64,000 nt of DNA, from contig JBAZEK010000001.1 in assembly GCA_041653995.1 (NCBI GenBank), positions 1,030,613-1,094,612 on the forward strand, in the 5' to 3' direction. Of the stretch, positions 1 through 9,684 are shown piece after piece. The position numbers and the translations under genes are program-made. Every line of letters begins with the position of its first letter. Position 1 is the stretch's first letter. The DNA comes from Dehalococcoidia bacterium. Lineage in GTDB: Bacteria > Chloroflexota > Dehalococcoidia > GIF9 > UBA5629. Below the pieces are notes generated by a model. It searched no databases and was not told the DNA's origin. It saw nothing but the letters and a program-made list of their open reading frames with translations.

Positions 1-60
1 CCCGCAGGTGGCAACGGTTCTGCCGAATATGATGCGCAACTGAACAGGAGGACGCAAACA

Positions 61-876
61 ATGGATACTTCGACTGACGAGCTGTTATTCGAGTGTGACA
101 ACGGGATTGGGGTTATCACTCTCAACCGGCCGGAAAGGAGAAATGCGATCACCTCAACGATGGGTGAAAGCTTTGTTAAAGTATTGGAACAGGCCAGAAA
201 AAGGGATGATATCAAGGTACTGATCATCACTGGCAGCGGCGAAGGCTTCTGCGCCGGCGCCGATGCTGCCAGCCGTCTCAAAGAACGGATAGGAGACGGC
301 GGTTACAAAGCGCTGGAGAAATCCCGCTCGGAGCTTCTGGAACCCGGCATGATAGTAATGCCCCACGCGCTTATGGACCTCGGTAAACCCGTAATTGCCG
401 CTGTTAACGGTGTCGCTGCCGCCTCGGGCCTTTCTCTGGCGCTGTTGTGTGACTTTCGCATAGCTTCAGAAAAAGCCAGGTTTGTCGCTTCATGGGTAAG
501 GATAGGGTTGATGCCGGACGCAGGCGCAAGCTACTGGCTGCCAAGGATAGTGGGGGTTGATAATGCTCTGAAGCTATTTTATACTGGTGAAGCGATTGAT
601 GCGGCCGAGGCAAAGAGGATAAACCTTGTTACACAGGTTGTTCCGCATGAAGAGCTCATGAGTACAGCCATGGACTTTGCAGGCAAAATAGCCAGTATGC
701 CCTCGGTGTCGATTGAGTTGACCCACCGTACGGTTTACCGTTTATTCAACGAGGAGTTGGCGAGGCAGCTGTTTAATGAAAACCTGGCAATGAACATCTG
801 CTTTAACACGGAAGATTTCAGAGAAGGTACAAAGGCTTTTCTCGAGAAGCGAAAGCCCGTATTTAAAGGCATCTAG
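61..876 (+). CDS. enoyl-CoA hydratase/isomerase (crotonase) family protein
   Basis: 271 aa; crotonase-fold motifs (ITGSGEGFCAGADA..., oxyanion-hole region GxG); full-length ORF. Confidence 0.85.
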   Translation: MDTSTDELLFECDNGIGVITLNRPERRNAITSTMGESFVKVLEQARKRDDIKVLIITGSGEGFCAGADAASRLKERIGDGGYKALEKSRSELLEPGMIVMPHALMDLGKPVIAAVNGVAAASGLSLALLCDFRIASEKARFVASWVRIGLMPDAGASYWLPRIVGVDNALKLFYTGEAIDAAEAKRINLVTQVVPHEELMSTAMDFAGKIASMPSVSIELTHRTVYRLFNEELARQLFNENLAMNICFNTEDFREGTKAFLEKRKPVFKGI

Positions 877-906
877 TCAATCAAAGAATCTAGAAGGAGT
901 GCTACA

Positions 907-2271
907 GTGAAGAAAATCAGGATCGGGGCGGGTTCGGGTTACGCGCCTTCCAAGACGGGTGAAGCACTGAGGCTCGTGCTGGAAGGGAATTTAAATTACA
1001 TCTGCTTCGACCAGCTGGCCGAGCTAACCATGTCCATCATGTCCAAGAACCAGCAGAAGGATCCCTCCAAGGGTTACCTTACCCAGCACATCGACGGTAT
1101 GAAACAGGTACTGCCTGAAGCTCACAAGAGGGGCGTTAAAATCATCACCAACGGCGGTGGCGTCAATCCCGAGGCGGCGGCTGACCAGATACTCAAAATA
1201 GCCTCCGATAATAACATCAAAGGTTTGAAAGTTGCCGTGATCAAAGGCGACAATATAGCAGGCAGGATCGACGAGCTGCTCAAGAAAGGATGGAAGTTCA
1301 CCAACCTGGAGACAGGCGAGGACGATATCAGCCGGATAAAAGACAATATCCTGATCGCCAATGCTTACATCGGCTCCGACTCCATTGTCGAAGCACTGGA
1401 GGCCGGCGCTGACGTGGTTGTGGCTGGCAGATGTTCTGATAGCGCGCTTTTCGTTGCCCCAATGATGCACGAGTTCGGATGGAAGTTTGAAGACACATAC
1501 TGGCCACGCATAGGCGCTGCCATTACCATCGGCCACACGCTGGAATGCGCCGATTTCGTCACGGGAGTGGCCAGCCCGGTGTGGGAACATGTACCCAAGC
1601 CGAACGAGATCGTCTATCCGCTGGCCGAGGTATCCGAGGACGGGACGGCCATACTGGAGATGCCGTCATCGGGAGGCGGCCTGCTCAACGAATGGACCGT
1701 CAAAAGCCAGCTCGTTTACGAGGTGCATGATCCTAAAAACTATATTATGCCCGACGGCGTGGCCGATATGACGGCGGTAAAGGTGGAGGACCTGGGCAAC
1801 AACAGGGTGAAGCTGAGCAATATGACCGGCAAGCGCAGGCCGGACACCCTCAAGGTGATCATCGGGTATCCGGGTGGGTTCATAGCGGAGACCATGAACT
1901 ACATATCGGCGCCTAAAGCCCTGACCAAGGCCAGAAGAGTGGAGGAACTGGGCTGGAAGAACCTTACCAAATACGGCATGAAGCGCGAGGATGTGGACGT
2001 ACAGATCGATTACGTCGGCTTGAATTCGATACTCAAGTCCATAGTCCCCCTGCCGGACGAAGACAGTATCAACGAACTCTGCCTGCGTATAGCGGCCAGG
2101 GGTAAAAATCCTCTCGAGGCGGGCATGATAGCCGTGTCTTTCCTGGACATGTCGCCGGTTGGTTTCACTGTATCGGTCCCTTCCAAGCCGAGAAGCTATA
2201 TATCCCTGTGGCCGACGCTGATACCGCGCGAAGAAGTCCCAACGAGTTTTATTATGAAGAGGCTGGAATAA
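907..2271 (+). CDS. AtuA-like (DUF1446) acyclic terpene utilisation family protein
   Basis: 454 aa; GTG start 7 nt after AAGGAG; N-terminus KIRIGAGSGY typical of DUF1446; followed by small DUF4387-like partner as in atuA loci. Confidence 0.5.
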   Translation: MKKIRIGAGSGYAPSKTGEALRLVLEGNLNYICFDQLAELTMSIMSKNQQKDPSKGYLTQHIDGMKQVLPEAHKRGVKIITNGGGVNPEAAADQILKIASDNNIKGLKVAVIKGDNIAGRIDELLKKGWKFTNLETGEDDISRIKDNILIANAYIGSDSIVEALEAGADVVVAGRCSDSALFVAPMMHEFGWKFEDTYWPRIGAAITIGHTLECADFVTGVASPVWEHVPKPNEIVYPLAEVSEDGTAILEMPSSGGGLLNEWTVKSQLVYEVHDPKNYIMPDGVADMTAVKVEDLGNNRVKLSNMTGKRRPDTLKVIIGYPGGFIAETMNYISAPKALTKARRVEELGWKNLTKYGMKREDVDVQIDYVGLNSILKSIVPLPDEDSINELCLRIAARGKNPLEAGMIAVSFLDMSPVGFTVSVPSKPRSYISLWPTLIPREEVPTSFIMKRLE

Positions 2272-2273
2272 AA

Positions 2274-2624
2274 ATGAGCAAGAAAGTGTTGATTAAAGAG
2301 CTGGCCTATGTCCGCAGCGGCGATAAAGGCGATATCTCCAACGTGGGGATAATGGCGTTCAATAAAGAGAACTACGAGATCATTAAAAAGCAGGTTACGC
2401 CTCAGAAGGTCAAGGACCATTACAAAGAGCTGGTCAAAGGCGAAGTCAAGGTATACGAGATGCCCAATATCGACGCTCTGCAGGTGGTCATGTACAGAGC
2501 CCTGGGAGGCGGCGCTACCTCTACACTCAGGTTCGATGAGACGGGAAAAGCCATGTGCCTGGGCATGCTATTCATGCCGGTCGAGGTGCCGGACGGATTC
2601 AAGCCGGCCAAACCTCCCATGTAA
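2274..2624 (+). CDS. small DUF4387-like protein (AtuA partner)
   Basis: 116 aa from ATG 2274 (same frame as listed ORF 2208..2624); immediately downstream of DUF1446 gene. Confidence 0.45.
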   Translation: MSKKVLIKELAYVRSGDKGDISNVGIMAFNKENYEIIKKQVTPQKVKDHYKELVKGEVKVYEMPNIDALQVVMYRALGGGATSTLRFDETGKAMCLGMLFMPVEVPDGFKPAKPPM

Positions 2625-2671
2625 AATGTGTTATAAAAGGTCCAGCGCTTTCGTGCCGGCCATTCCGACTG

Positions 2672-3040
2672 CTATACGCCAGCCAGCCACTCCAGCAATC
2701 CGAATACCAGAACGCAGGCGATAAAATCTATACAGATACCGAAGCCTATTGCCTTGGTCACGCCGCCCTTACGTTTAACGGCGAAAACGACCAATACTAT
2801 TATTGCTATTCCGACCAGCCCAAGAGCTATAACGAAAAATGTATTTGCCAGAACTGACACCCCCGCCATTCCGGTGGCATTGCCGAGCACTTGTGAAGCA
2901 ATAGCAAGCAGGAGCGCCAGACATGGTGGAATTATTGTTGCGGGTATAGCCAGTCTGGCGGGACCAACCAGTTTCTCTTTTGGCCGGATCACCCATGCAA
3001 GAACGATGGCAGCAATGGTCAGCGGGATGGTCAATAACAT
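2672..3040 (-). CDS. small multi-TM membrane protein
   Basis: ATG at 3040 preceded by GGAGGA; about 4 predicted hydrophobic helices; last gene of membrane–HTH–membrane module. Confidence 0.5.
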   Translation of the reverse strand: MLLTIPLTIAAIVLAWVIRPKEKLVGPARLAIPATIIPPCLALLLAIASQVLGNATGMAGVSVLANTFFVIALGLVGIAIIVLVVFAVKRKGGVTKAIGFGICIDFIACVLVFGLLEWLAGV

Positions 3041-3098
3041 AATGAATTCTCCTCCACTTTTTGGTTTTCTGTCAGAATGTAATTTAGCACGCCTTCCG

Positions 3099-3302
3099 CT
3101 ATCCCTCTTTATCATTCAGAATAAAGATATCTTCGATGGCAGCTCCCAGCGCGCGAGAAATTCCATAAGCCAGCTTGAGCGATGGATTATATTTGCCTTG
3201 CTCGAGAAAGATAATGGTCTCGCGCCGCACCCCCACCATCTCCGCCAGCTTCTCCTGGGTCAGGCCGAGGCGGGCGCGATATTCTTTCATCCTTGTTTTC
3301 AT
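3099..3302 (-). CDS. XRE-family helix-turn-helix transcriptional regulator
   Basis: 67 aa; [29 protein letters not shown]_3 signature; paralog of 23893..24129. Confidence 0.8.
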   Translation of the reverse strand: MKTRMKEYRARLGLTQEKLAEMVGVRRETIIFLEQGKYNPSLKLAYGISRALGAAIEDIFILNDKEG

Positions 3303-3919
3303 GACTGTTCAACGGCACTGAAACTTGCACATAATCCCTTGCTATAGATTACCAGGCATCCCAGCAGGCTTAATGCCAGCACCGCCGGCGCCACCAGCAG
3401 CCCGAGTATAAAGAAGAAAGCATCCTCGAAGCCGAACCAGACGCTGACCAGATTATGCAGGACGATGGCCAGCGCGATTGTGCTGAGACAGAGCCCGGCT
3501 GTAATCAGGCATATCCTGAGCCATCTTGCCGCTTTCTCACCCAGGCAGGGACGGACACGGTCATAGTAATAATAGCCGATGACATAGACGAAGCCCACGA
3601 CCACGAGTTGTCCGCTGATGATCAGCTCTTTGGGAGTATTCTTGAAGACATTGAACCTGAACAGCAATATCAGCACTATGCTGGCAATAAAGAAAAATAT
3701 TCCGGTCAGGCGCATTGCACCTGTGAGATTATCGCGAACCCGTTCATCGATGACGGGCATCCGGCCGTGACGGATGAGCGACCACAATTCACGATGCCCC
3801 AGCAGCAAAATACCGGCTATCAGCGCTATCACTACGTACAGGTTCTCTCTGGAAAGCATCAGCATCAATGCCAGCAAACTGACAGCGGCATAGGCTATTA
3901 GTATCCATCTTGCTTTCAC
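3299..3919 (-). CDS. membrane protein, DUF2178-like (DER motif) partner of XRE regulator
   Basis: 206 aa, multiple TM helices; cytoplasmic PVIDERVRD segment resembles the DER motif of membrane proteins that pair with small XRE regulators; 4-nt overlap with HTH gene. Confidence 0.55.
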   Translation of the reverse strand: MKARWILIAYAAVSLLALMLMLSRENLYVVIALIAGILLLGHRELWSLIRHGRMPVIDERVRDNLTGAMRLTGIFFFIASIVLILLFRFNVFKNTPKELIISGQLVVVGFVYVIGYYYYDRVRPCLGEKAARWLRICLITAGLCLSTIALAIVLHNLVSVWFGFEDAFFFILGLLVAPAVLALSLLGCLVIYSKGLCASFSAVEQS

Positions 3920-4357
3920 CGCATTTCCTCCCTATGTTAGAAATATTTAACGTTAGATATATATAACATATCACGTTCAAAAAGACCTGTCAAGGATTCC
4001 CACAGAAGCATGATGCAATTAAGCGCAGGTCACTGAGAAGAGTTACTTCGAAAAGCGGAGAGGGTTGATGACAGTCCGAGATAATTTACGCTTTGGTGGG
4101 GCATTGTGGACAGTTCCCGAACTCCTGTTTGAGAGCAAAAAGCTTATTTCGGTGCTGCAGCAATTGCTCACTGAAGGCTAACATGACCTTGTTTCCTTCC
4201 CTCCGACAACCACTTGCTCCTCGCCGGGATAAAACCTTTTCGTTTTGCTAAGCAAGACGCTCGAGATTATAAAGGCAGACCACTGACAGAAATCAAACTT
4301 GACAATTTATACCGGAGAAAGCATCTTCAATGTAGATACTATTGAAGGAGGCTTGGA

Positions 4358-4600
4358 TTGAAAGCTCGTATACAGAAATGGGGAAATAGTCTTGCTTTGC
4401 GTATCCCCAAGTCTTTTGCTTCAGAAGCAGGTTTGCAAAGAGAAACCTCTATTGAAATTTCACTATCAGAGGGAAAGCTCATAATAACACCATTGGCTAA
4501 TCCGAAATTTACTCTTAAACAGCTATTGGCAAAGGTTAATAAAGAGAATTTGCATCATGAGACGGATACTGGCCCCGCCGCAGGTAACGAAGCATGGTAA
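4358..4600 (+). CDS. AbrB/MazE-family antitoxin
   Basis: 80 aa; IQKWGNSLALRIPK swapped-hairpin AbrB/MazE motif; overlaps downstream toxin gene. Confidence 0.75.
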   Translation: MKARIQKWGNSLALRIPKSFASEAGLQRETSIEISLSEGKLIITPLANPKFTLKQLLAKVNKENLHHETDTGPAAGNEAW

Positions 4601-4940
4601 GCGCTTCACCTATATTCCAAGATGCGGAGACATAGTGTGGATAACCTTAAATCCTCAAGCAGGACATGAACAATCAGGACGCCGCCCCGCCCTGGTAGTT
4701 TCACCTGTTAGTTATAATGATAAGACAGGGTTGGCCGTCCTTTGTCCCATCAGCAGCATTGTCAAGGGCTACCCTTTCGAAGTACTACTTCCAGAAGGAT
4801 CACCAGTGGCGGGGGCAATCTTATCTGACCAGGTAAAAAGCATGGATTGGCGTATTAGAAATGCAGTACTATTATGCACACTGCCTGCCGGAAATATCTC
4901 TGAGGTGCTCTTAAAACTGAACACCTTGTTATCACACTAA
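4557..4940 (+). CDS. MazF/PemK-family endoribonuclease toxin
   Basis: GDIVWITLNPQAGHEQSGRRPALVVSP matches the MazF/PemK core; start uncertain (only in-frame ATG is 4557, overlapping antitoxin by 44 nt). Confidence 0.7.
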   Translation: MRRILAPPQVTKHGKRFTYIPRCGDIVWITLNPQAGHEQSGRRPALVVSPVSYNDKTGLAVLCPISSIVKGYPFEVLLPEGSPVAGAILSDQVKSMDWRIRNAVLLCTLPAGNISEVLLKLNTLLSH

Positions 4941-5137
4941 ACAAATGCAATAAGGTCGTAGCCGGGTTGCGACTTGGACTACTTTACGATACGGCCTAAC
5001 AACTCTATACCGTTCGCAATATGAGTGTACATGCATAATAAAGTCAGCTTTAAATTCTGACACGCCGGCTTGACTGTGCCTTAATTTTCCCTTAATATTT
5101 CGCTCAACCATGACGTGAGGTTTAGGAGGATTGAAAT

Positions 5138-7201
5138 ATGGTGACAATGCTGAGGCTCTGCATAGCCCTGATTATCATTATCGCATTGGTCCTGCCAGGA
5201 ACAGGTTGTATTAAATTGGGCAAACTGCCGGGAAAACAGGCCGCGGAAAATAAGACTGCAGCATCAGGCGTCACGGCCGGGGGAACTGCCGGACAGTCAG
5301 GATCACAGGCGCCGGACACGGCGGGCAATCAGCCCGGTCAGGGCGGACAACCGGGCGCCCAACCCTCCGGCCAGGAGGCACAGGTCATTACCGGCGGTGG
5401 TGGAGTTGCCGTTGCCAACTGGATCGGCACCTGGCAATGCGGCAACTTTAAAATGTATCTGAACCAGGCAGGTGACCGGGTAACTGGGTGGTACGAGTAC
5501 GAAAACAGCGACATCGAAGGCACTGCTACCGGCAACACTCTCACCGGTACCTGGACTGTATCAGGTGTTAAATATGGTTTTCAGATTGTTCAGTCCTCTG
5601 ACGGCAAATCCTTTTCCGGCCGTTATAACCAGGGAACTTCAAGCAATCAAGGTGGATCATGGTCATGCACAAGGATAAGCACGGCCATGCCCACTGCAAA
5701 ATCATCAGGAGAAAATTCCCAGGTAATCACCCAGGGAGGAGGCGTGGCCGTTGCCAACTGGATCGGCACCTGGCAGTGCGGCAACAATAAAATGTACTTG
5801 GACCAATCAGGAAATCAGGTGACCGGGTGGTTCGATTCTGAAAATAGCGATATTGAGGGCTTTGCCACAGGCAATACACTTGTGGGTACCTGGACCAAGG
5901 GCGGAGTCAAATATGATTTCCAACTGGATCAGTCGTCTGACGGTAAATCATTTGCCGGACATTTTCGCCAGGGATCATCAGGCGCATGGACGGGAGAATG
6001 GTTCTGTATACGCACCAGCAGCGCCAGACCTCCGGCGAAACCAGCCACATCATATCCCCCCTCAGCCATACAGACTGCAAGCTGGACAGGTACATGGGAA
6101 TGCAATAATTATAAAATGTACCTGACCCAGACAGGCAGCAAGGTGACCGGCTGGACTGAACTGGATAATGGTGACATCGAAGGCTATGCAACCGGTAACA
6201 CAATTGTCGGCACCTGGACACTCTCCGGAATTGAATATGATATTCAGCTAAACCAGTCATCCGACGGCAAATCCTTTACAGGCCATTACCGTCAGGGTTC
6301 ATCAGGCAATTGGGCAGGAAGCTGGCCCTGCACTTTTATAACCAACGCACAGCCTCTGCCAAAGTCCGCAGTTCGATCTCAGCCTGCACCGACAGCACCC
6401 CCCACAAGCTGGACCGGCACATGGCAGTGCGGCCAGAAACAAATATGGCTACTTCAGACGGGCAGCCAGGTCATTGGCTGGTATGATGAACAGAGCGGTG
6501 ATATTCAGGGCTATGTCACAGGAAATACACTGGTAGGAACCTGGGCGGACGCCTCGGGTGAAAAAGATATTCAGCTGTCCATGTCCGCAGACGGGAATGC
6601 TTTTTCGGGTCATTACCGCACCAGCCCTTCAGCAAGCTGGATCAGCCACTTCTCCTGCACGAAAAAAAGCGCGGAATTACCCGCACCCAAAGTAACATTT
6701 GATATACAGCCCGTAAGTATTACCAGGGGGATGTCCGCGCAGTTATCCTGGAGCACTATACTGGCTACTTCTGTAGATATTAAACCGGACATAGGTCCCT
6801 GTGGCGCTAATGGCAAAATAAATGTCAAGCCCGACGCAGACATCTCATATACATTGAGCGCGAGCAACCCATTTGGCGGATCTAAAGTAACAGTTCCCCT
6901 AAAGGTAACATCGCCGAACTGGAGCGGGGAATGGGACTGCGGAAGCTTTGGGCATATGATACTCACCCAATCCGGCAACCAGGTTAACGGAATATATACA
7001 TACCAGGGCGGTAAAATCAGTGGCTATGTTAACGGGAATAAGCTTGCAGGAACGTGGTCTGAGGACCCGACCCATAAAGCTCCTGATGATGCGGGTGGTT
7101 GCGAATTCACCCAGTCAGCAGATGGTCTTTCCTTTACCGGTTATTATGACTACGGGTTTTCAGGCGCCGTGAGTCCCTGGAACGGGAAAAGGATTAGATA
7201 G
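5138..7201 (+). CDS. secreted/membrane-anchored protein with five tandem ~105-aa Cys-pair repeats and one Ig-like domain
   Basis: 687 aa; N-terminal hydrophobic signal/anchor, Gly/Gln/Pro-rich linker, then repeats of W-x-G-T-W-x-C-G...M-Y-L-x-Q-x-G-x-x-V-T-G-W...D-I-E-G-x-A-T-G-N-T-L-x-G-T-W...Q-S-S-D-G-K-S-F-x-G-x-Y-R-Q-G-S-S-G-x-W-x-G-x-W-x-C; repeats also >80% identical at DNA level between copies 1 and 2. Confidence 0.7.
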   Translation: MVTMLRLCIALIIIIALVLPGTGCIKLGKLPGKQAAENKTAASGVTAGGTAGQSGSQAPDTAGNQPGQGGQPGAQPSGQEAQVITGGGGVAVANWIGTWQCGNFKMYLNQAGDRVTGWYEYENSDIEGTATGNTLTGTWTVSGVKYGFQIVQSSDGKSFSGRYNQGTSSNQGGSWSCTRISTAMPTAKSSGENSQVITQGGGVAVANWIGTWQCGNNKMYLDQSGNQVTGWFDSENSDIEGFATGNTLVGTWTKGGVKYDFQLDQSSDGKSFAGHFRQGSSGAWTGEWFCIRTSSARPPAKPATSYPPSAIQTASWTGTWECNNYKMYLTQTGSKVTGWTELDNGDIEGYATGNTIVGTWTLSGIEYDIQLNQSSDGKSFTGHYRQGSSGNWAGSWPCTFITNAQPLPKSAVRSQPAPTAPPTSWTGTWQCGQKQIWLLQTGSQVIGWYDEQSGDIQGYVTGNTLVGTWADASGEKDIQLSMSADGNAFSGHYRTSPSASWISHFSCTKKSAELPAPKVTFDIQPVSITRGMSAQLSWSTILATSVDIKPDIGPCGANGKINVKPDADISYTLSASNPFGGSKVTVPLKVTSPNWSGEWDCGSFGHMILTQSGNQVNGIYTYQGGKISGYVNGNKLAGTWSEDPTHKAPDDAGGCEFTQSADGLSFTGYYDYGFSGAVSPWNGKRIR

Positions 7202-7331
7202 GAGCATTATTGGTTTATGGTAAGTATTTTGGCTTCTATATTTAGTGCCAAATAACCAATATCCCATTGAATACCAGTCCATGCTAAAAAGAGATAAGTG
7301 GTGGTAGTATTACCTGGGGGCAGGTCATTTT

Positions 7332-7407
7332 TGGTGGACCTGGGGAGATTCGAACTCCCGACCTCCTGAATGCAAATCAGGCGCTCTCCCAATTGAGCTA
7401 CAGGCCC
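7332..7407 (-). tRNA. tRNA-Ala (anticodon UGC)
   Basis: Reverse complement GGGCCTGTAGCTCAATTGGGAGAGCGCCTGATTTGCATTCAGGAGGTCGGGAGTTCGAATCTCCCCAGGTCCACCA; cloverleaf with G3:U70, anticodon loop TTTGCAT, encoded CCA. Confidence 0.9.
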
Positions 7408-7468
7408 GCAAGACTACATATTATACTAAATCCGCTTCTGTTTGCTAAACGCCAGTGCGGCGATATAG

Positions 7469-8026
7469 CTATTTCTTGCCTTTGGCTGGTTTAGATGGAC
7501 GCGGCTCCGGTGAGCCCATCCAGCGCTCGTAGTGCACGCGCTCCGGCTTGAACCTGTCCTCCATGCGCGGCCTCTCGTCCGGATAGCCTACGGAAACGAG
7601 GGCGATCGGCACTATCCTGGTCGGCATGTTGAGCAGTTTCCTCATACCGTTCATCCTTTCCACCACCGGATAGACGCCGACCCACACCGCCCCCAGTCCC
7701 AGATCATGTGCGGCCAGCAGGATGTTCTGCGTGGCCGCCGAGCAGTCCAGCACACCCCTGCCTCTGGTCAGCTCGAGGCCGCTGTCGTTACACACCAGTA
7801 TGGCAAGCGCGGCTTCCTTGAGCATATGCGCGTGCGGATGAAAGGTCGGCACCTGTACGAGCGTCTTGCGCTCGGTGATGACCACGAAATGCCACGGCTG
7901 CTCATTGGCTGCCGAAGGGGCTGCCATCCCGGCCCGCAGGAGTTGCTCGACAACTTCCGCCGGCACGCGGTTATCCGTATATTTCCTGATGCTTCTGCGC
8001 GTCATGATTGATTCAAATGTTTCCAT
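7469..8026 (-). CDS. nitroreductase family protein
   Basis: 185 aa; N-terminal SIMTRRSIRKY nitroreductase signature. Confidence 0.8.
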   Translation of the reverse strand: METFESIMTRRSIRKYTDNRVPAEVVEQLLRAGMAAPSAANEQPWHFVVITERKTLVQVPTFHPHAHMLKEAALAILVCNDSGLELTRGRGVLDCSAATQNILLAAHDLGLGAVWVGVYPVVERMNGMRKLLNMPTRIVPIALVSVGYPDERPRMEDRFKPERVHYERWMGSPEPRPSKPAKGKK

Positions 8027-8050
8027 CGGTTCACCTCGTAAGCGCCGGAT

Positions 8051-9532
8051 CTATATACGCCGCCTGACCCTGGCAATCCAGCGCCCGATTAAAACGATCA
8101 GTGTAATGACTACCGCCGCCAGAACATAAGGCCAGATCATCTCGTAAAGCGGTGTGGGCGGCGGTTGCCTGTATCCGGTTAAATTCACCTTGAGCCTGTT
8201 GTCCAGTCCGCCGGCTATATGGAAAGTAGTCGCAGTCCTCTTGCCTTCTTTCTCGACAACTATCTTATATGTGCCGTAGAAGCCGCGCATTCTGGCGATG
8301 CCGTCATCACCCGTGTACACATCGCCGCGCGACCACCATTTATCACGGATAAGAGTCAGCAGGCGGTTATAGGCCGGCTTTTTCGTCATATCCATCCGCA
8401 ACAGCCCGGCCGGCGCCCCCTGCCAGGCGCCACTATCCGACAGGTCCCACCAGGTTATGGCCTGCACGGACGGGTGGCTGAAGAGCAGTATGTAGAACTT
8501 CTCCGCGTAATCAGCCTGCTCGTTCTCGCCTGCAGGTGTGGACGGCCACTCGGACGGCTGCTCCTGGGACGATATGCCCGTCCTGGGCTTGCCGCTCAAC
8601 ACGGTCACTTCGGTGAAATGAATGGGGGCATCGAAATCCTTGAACCGCTCGCAGGTATCCCAGACTTGGTATAAAGGCCAGTTGCCGCGGTGCATATGCG
8701 ATTGTATGCCTATGGCATCGAATTTACCCTTCTGCCTGACGATCCCCTGGAGCAGATCGCTATAATCCTGGTCGGTGCGAAAATCGTTGATTATGAGCGT
8801 CGACGTCGGGCAGGCCGACCTGGCCCAGCCCAGCGCATCCGCGCAGACCGTCACAGGTGTACGCTGGGACATCCACTTGCCCACCCGGGTGCTCACCTGC
8901 GCGCTCATGGTCGGCTCATTCACAACATCCCAATAATCGATCGTTCCGCAGAATTCACCGGCAATCTCCTTGACCCGCTTCTCCTGCGCTTTTTGCATAT
9001 CATCGGGCCCGACGGGCGCCCAGCCGGGCACCGATTCAGCCCAGATCAGAGGATGTCCCTTTACCGTGATACCCCTTTTCTCACACCATTCCGCAACCAT
9101 CTCGAGCATAATGGCTGATGACTGGCCCTGCTGCTCTTCATAGCTATCCCAGTAAAAAGGCGCGGTGCCGTAATTGAAAAAAGCGCTCAATGCTTCAGCC
9201 CAGTCCTGGTTGACTGCGGTGGGCCCGTTCTCGGCCAGCGGCGCCAGGCCGGTTCCGAAAAGGAAGTCATGGCTCTGCTGCTCGTAGTATACGCGCGCGC
9301 CCCTCACAGGAACGTTGTTCTCGTCCAGCACCTGTATAACGCCATCCCCCTTGCGTATCTTCTCGATACGGTCGCCGGCGCTCTGCATAATGAACCACTC
9401 AAATATCCCATTGTAAGCCTGAATGATGACATTGCCCGCGCTGACCCCAGGCGCCTGGCAGGCCGCCGCAGGCACAAGCAAAGAGACAACCACAATGGTC
9501 AGCGTCGCTATATAAAAACATCTTCTGTTCAT
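8051..9532 (-). CDS. glycoside hydrolase family 10-like (endo-beta-1,4-xylanase-like) protein with N-terminal signal/anchor and C-terminal TM helix
   Basis: WDVVNEP (acid/base Glu) and IHFTEVTVL (nucleophile Glu, cf. ITELD) GH10 motifs; start at internal ATG 9532 (MNRRCFYIATL... hydrophobic) preferred over 9616; C-terminal WPYVLAAVVITLIVLIGRWIARVRRR anchor. Confidence 0.65.
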   Translation of the reverse strand: MNRRCFYIATLTIVVVSLLVPAAACQAPGVSAGNVIIQAYNGIFEWFIMQSAGDRIEKIRKGDGVIQVLDENNVPVRGARVYYEQQSHDFLFGTGLAPLAENGPTAVNQDWAEALSAFFNYGTAPFYWDSYEEQQGQSSAIMLEMVAEWCEKRGITVKGHPLIWAESVPGWAPVGPDDMQKAQEKRVKEIAGEFCGTIDYWDVVNEPTMSAQVSTRVGKWMSQRTPVTVCADALGWARSACPTSTLIINDFRTDQDYSDLLQGIVRQKGKFDAIGIQSHMHRGNWPLYQVWDTCERFKDFDAPIHFTEVTVLSGKPRTGISSQEQPSEWPSTPAGENEQADYAEKFYILLFSHPSVQAITWWDLSDSGAWQGAPAGLLRMDMTKKPAYNRLLTLIRDKWWSRGDVYTGDDGIARMRGFYGTYKIVVEKEGKRTATTFHIAGGLDNRLKVNLTGYRQPPPTPLYEMIWPYVLAAVVITLIVLIGRWIARVRRRI

Positions 9533-9684
9533 TTCCAACCCTGTCAACGAAAATACTTTATCTATTTTAGCACAGCATCCAATCTGTCTATACCGGCCTG
9601 CAGCCGCGAATGCCATTAACCCGACCGATAGTATTTTTTGACTATTGTTATAAACATCAATATAATATATGATAATATGAGTAT

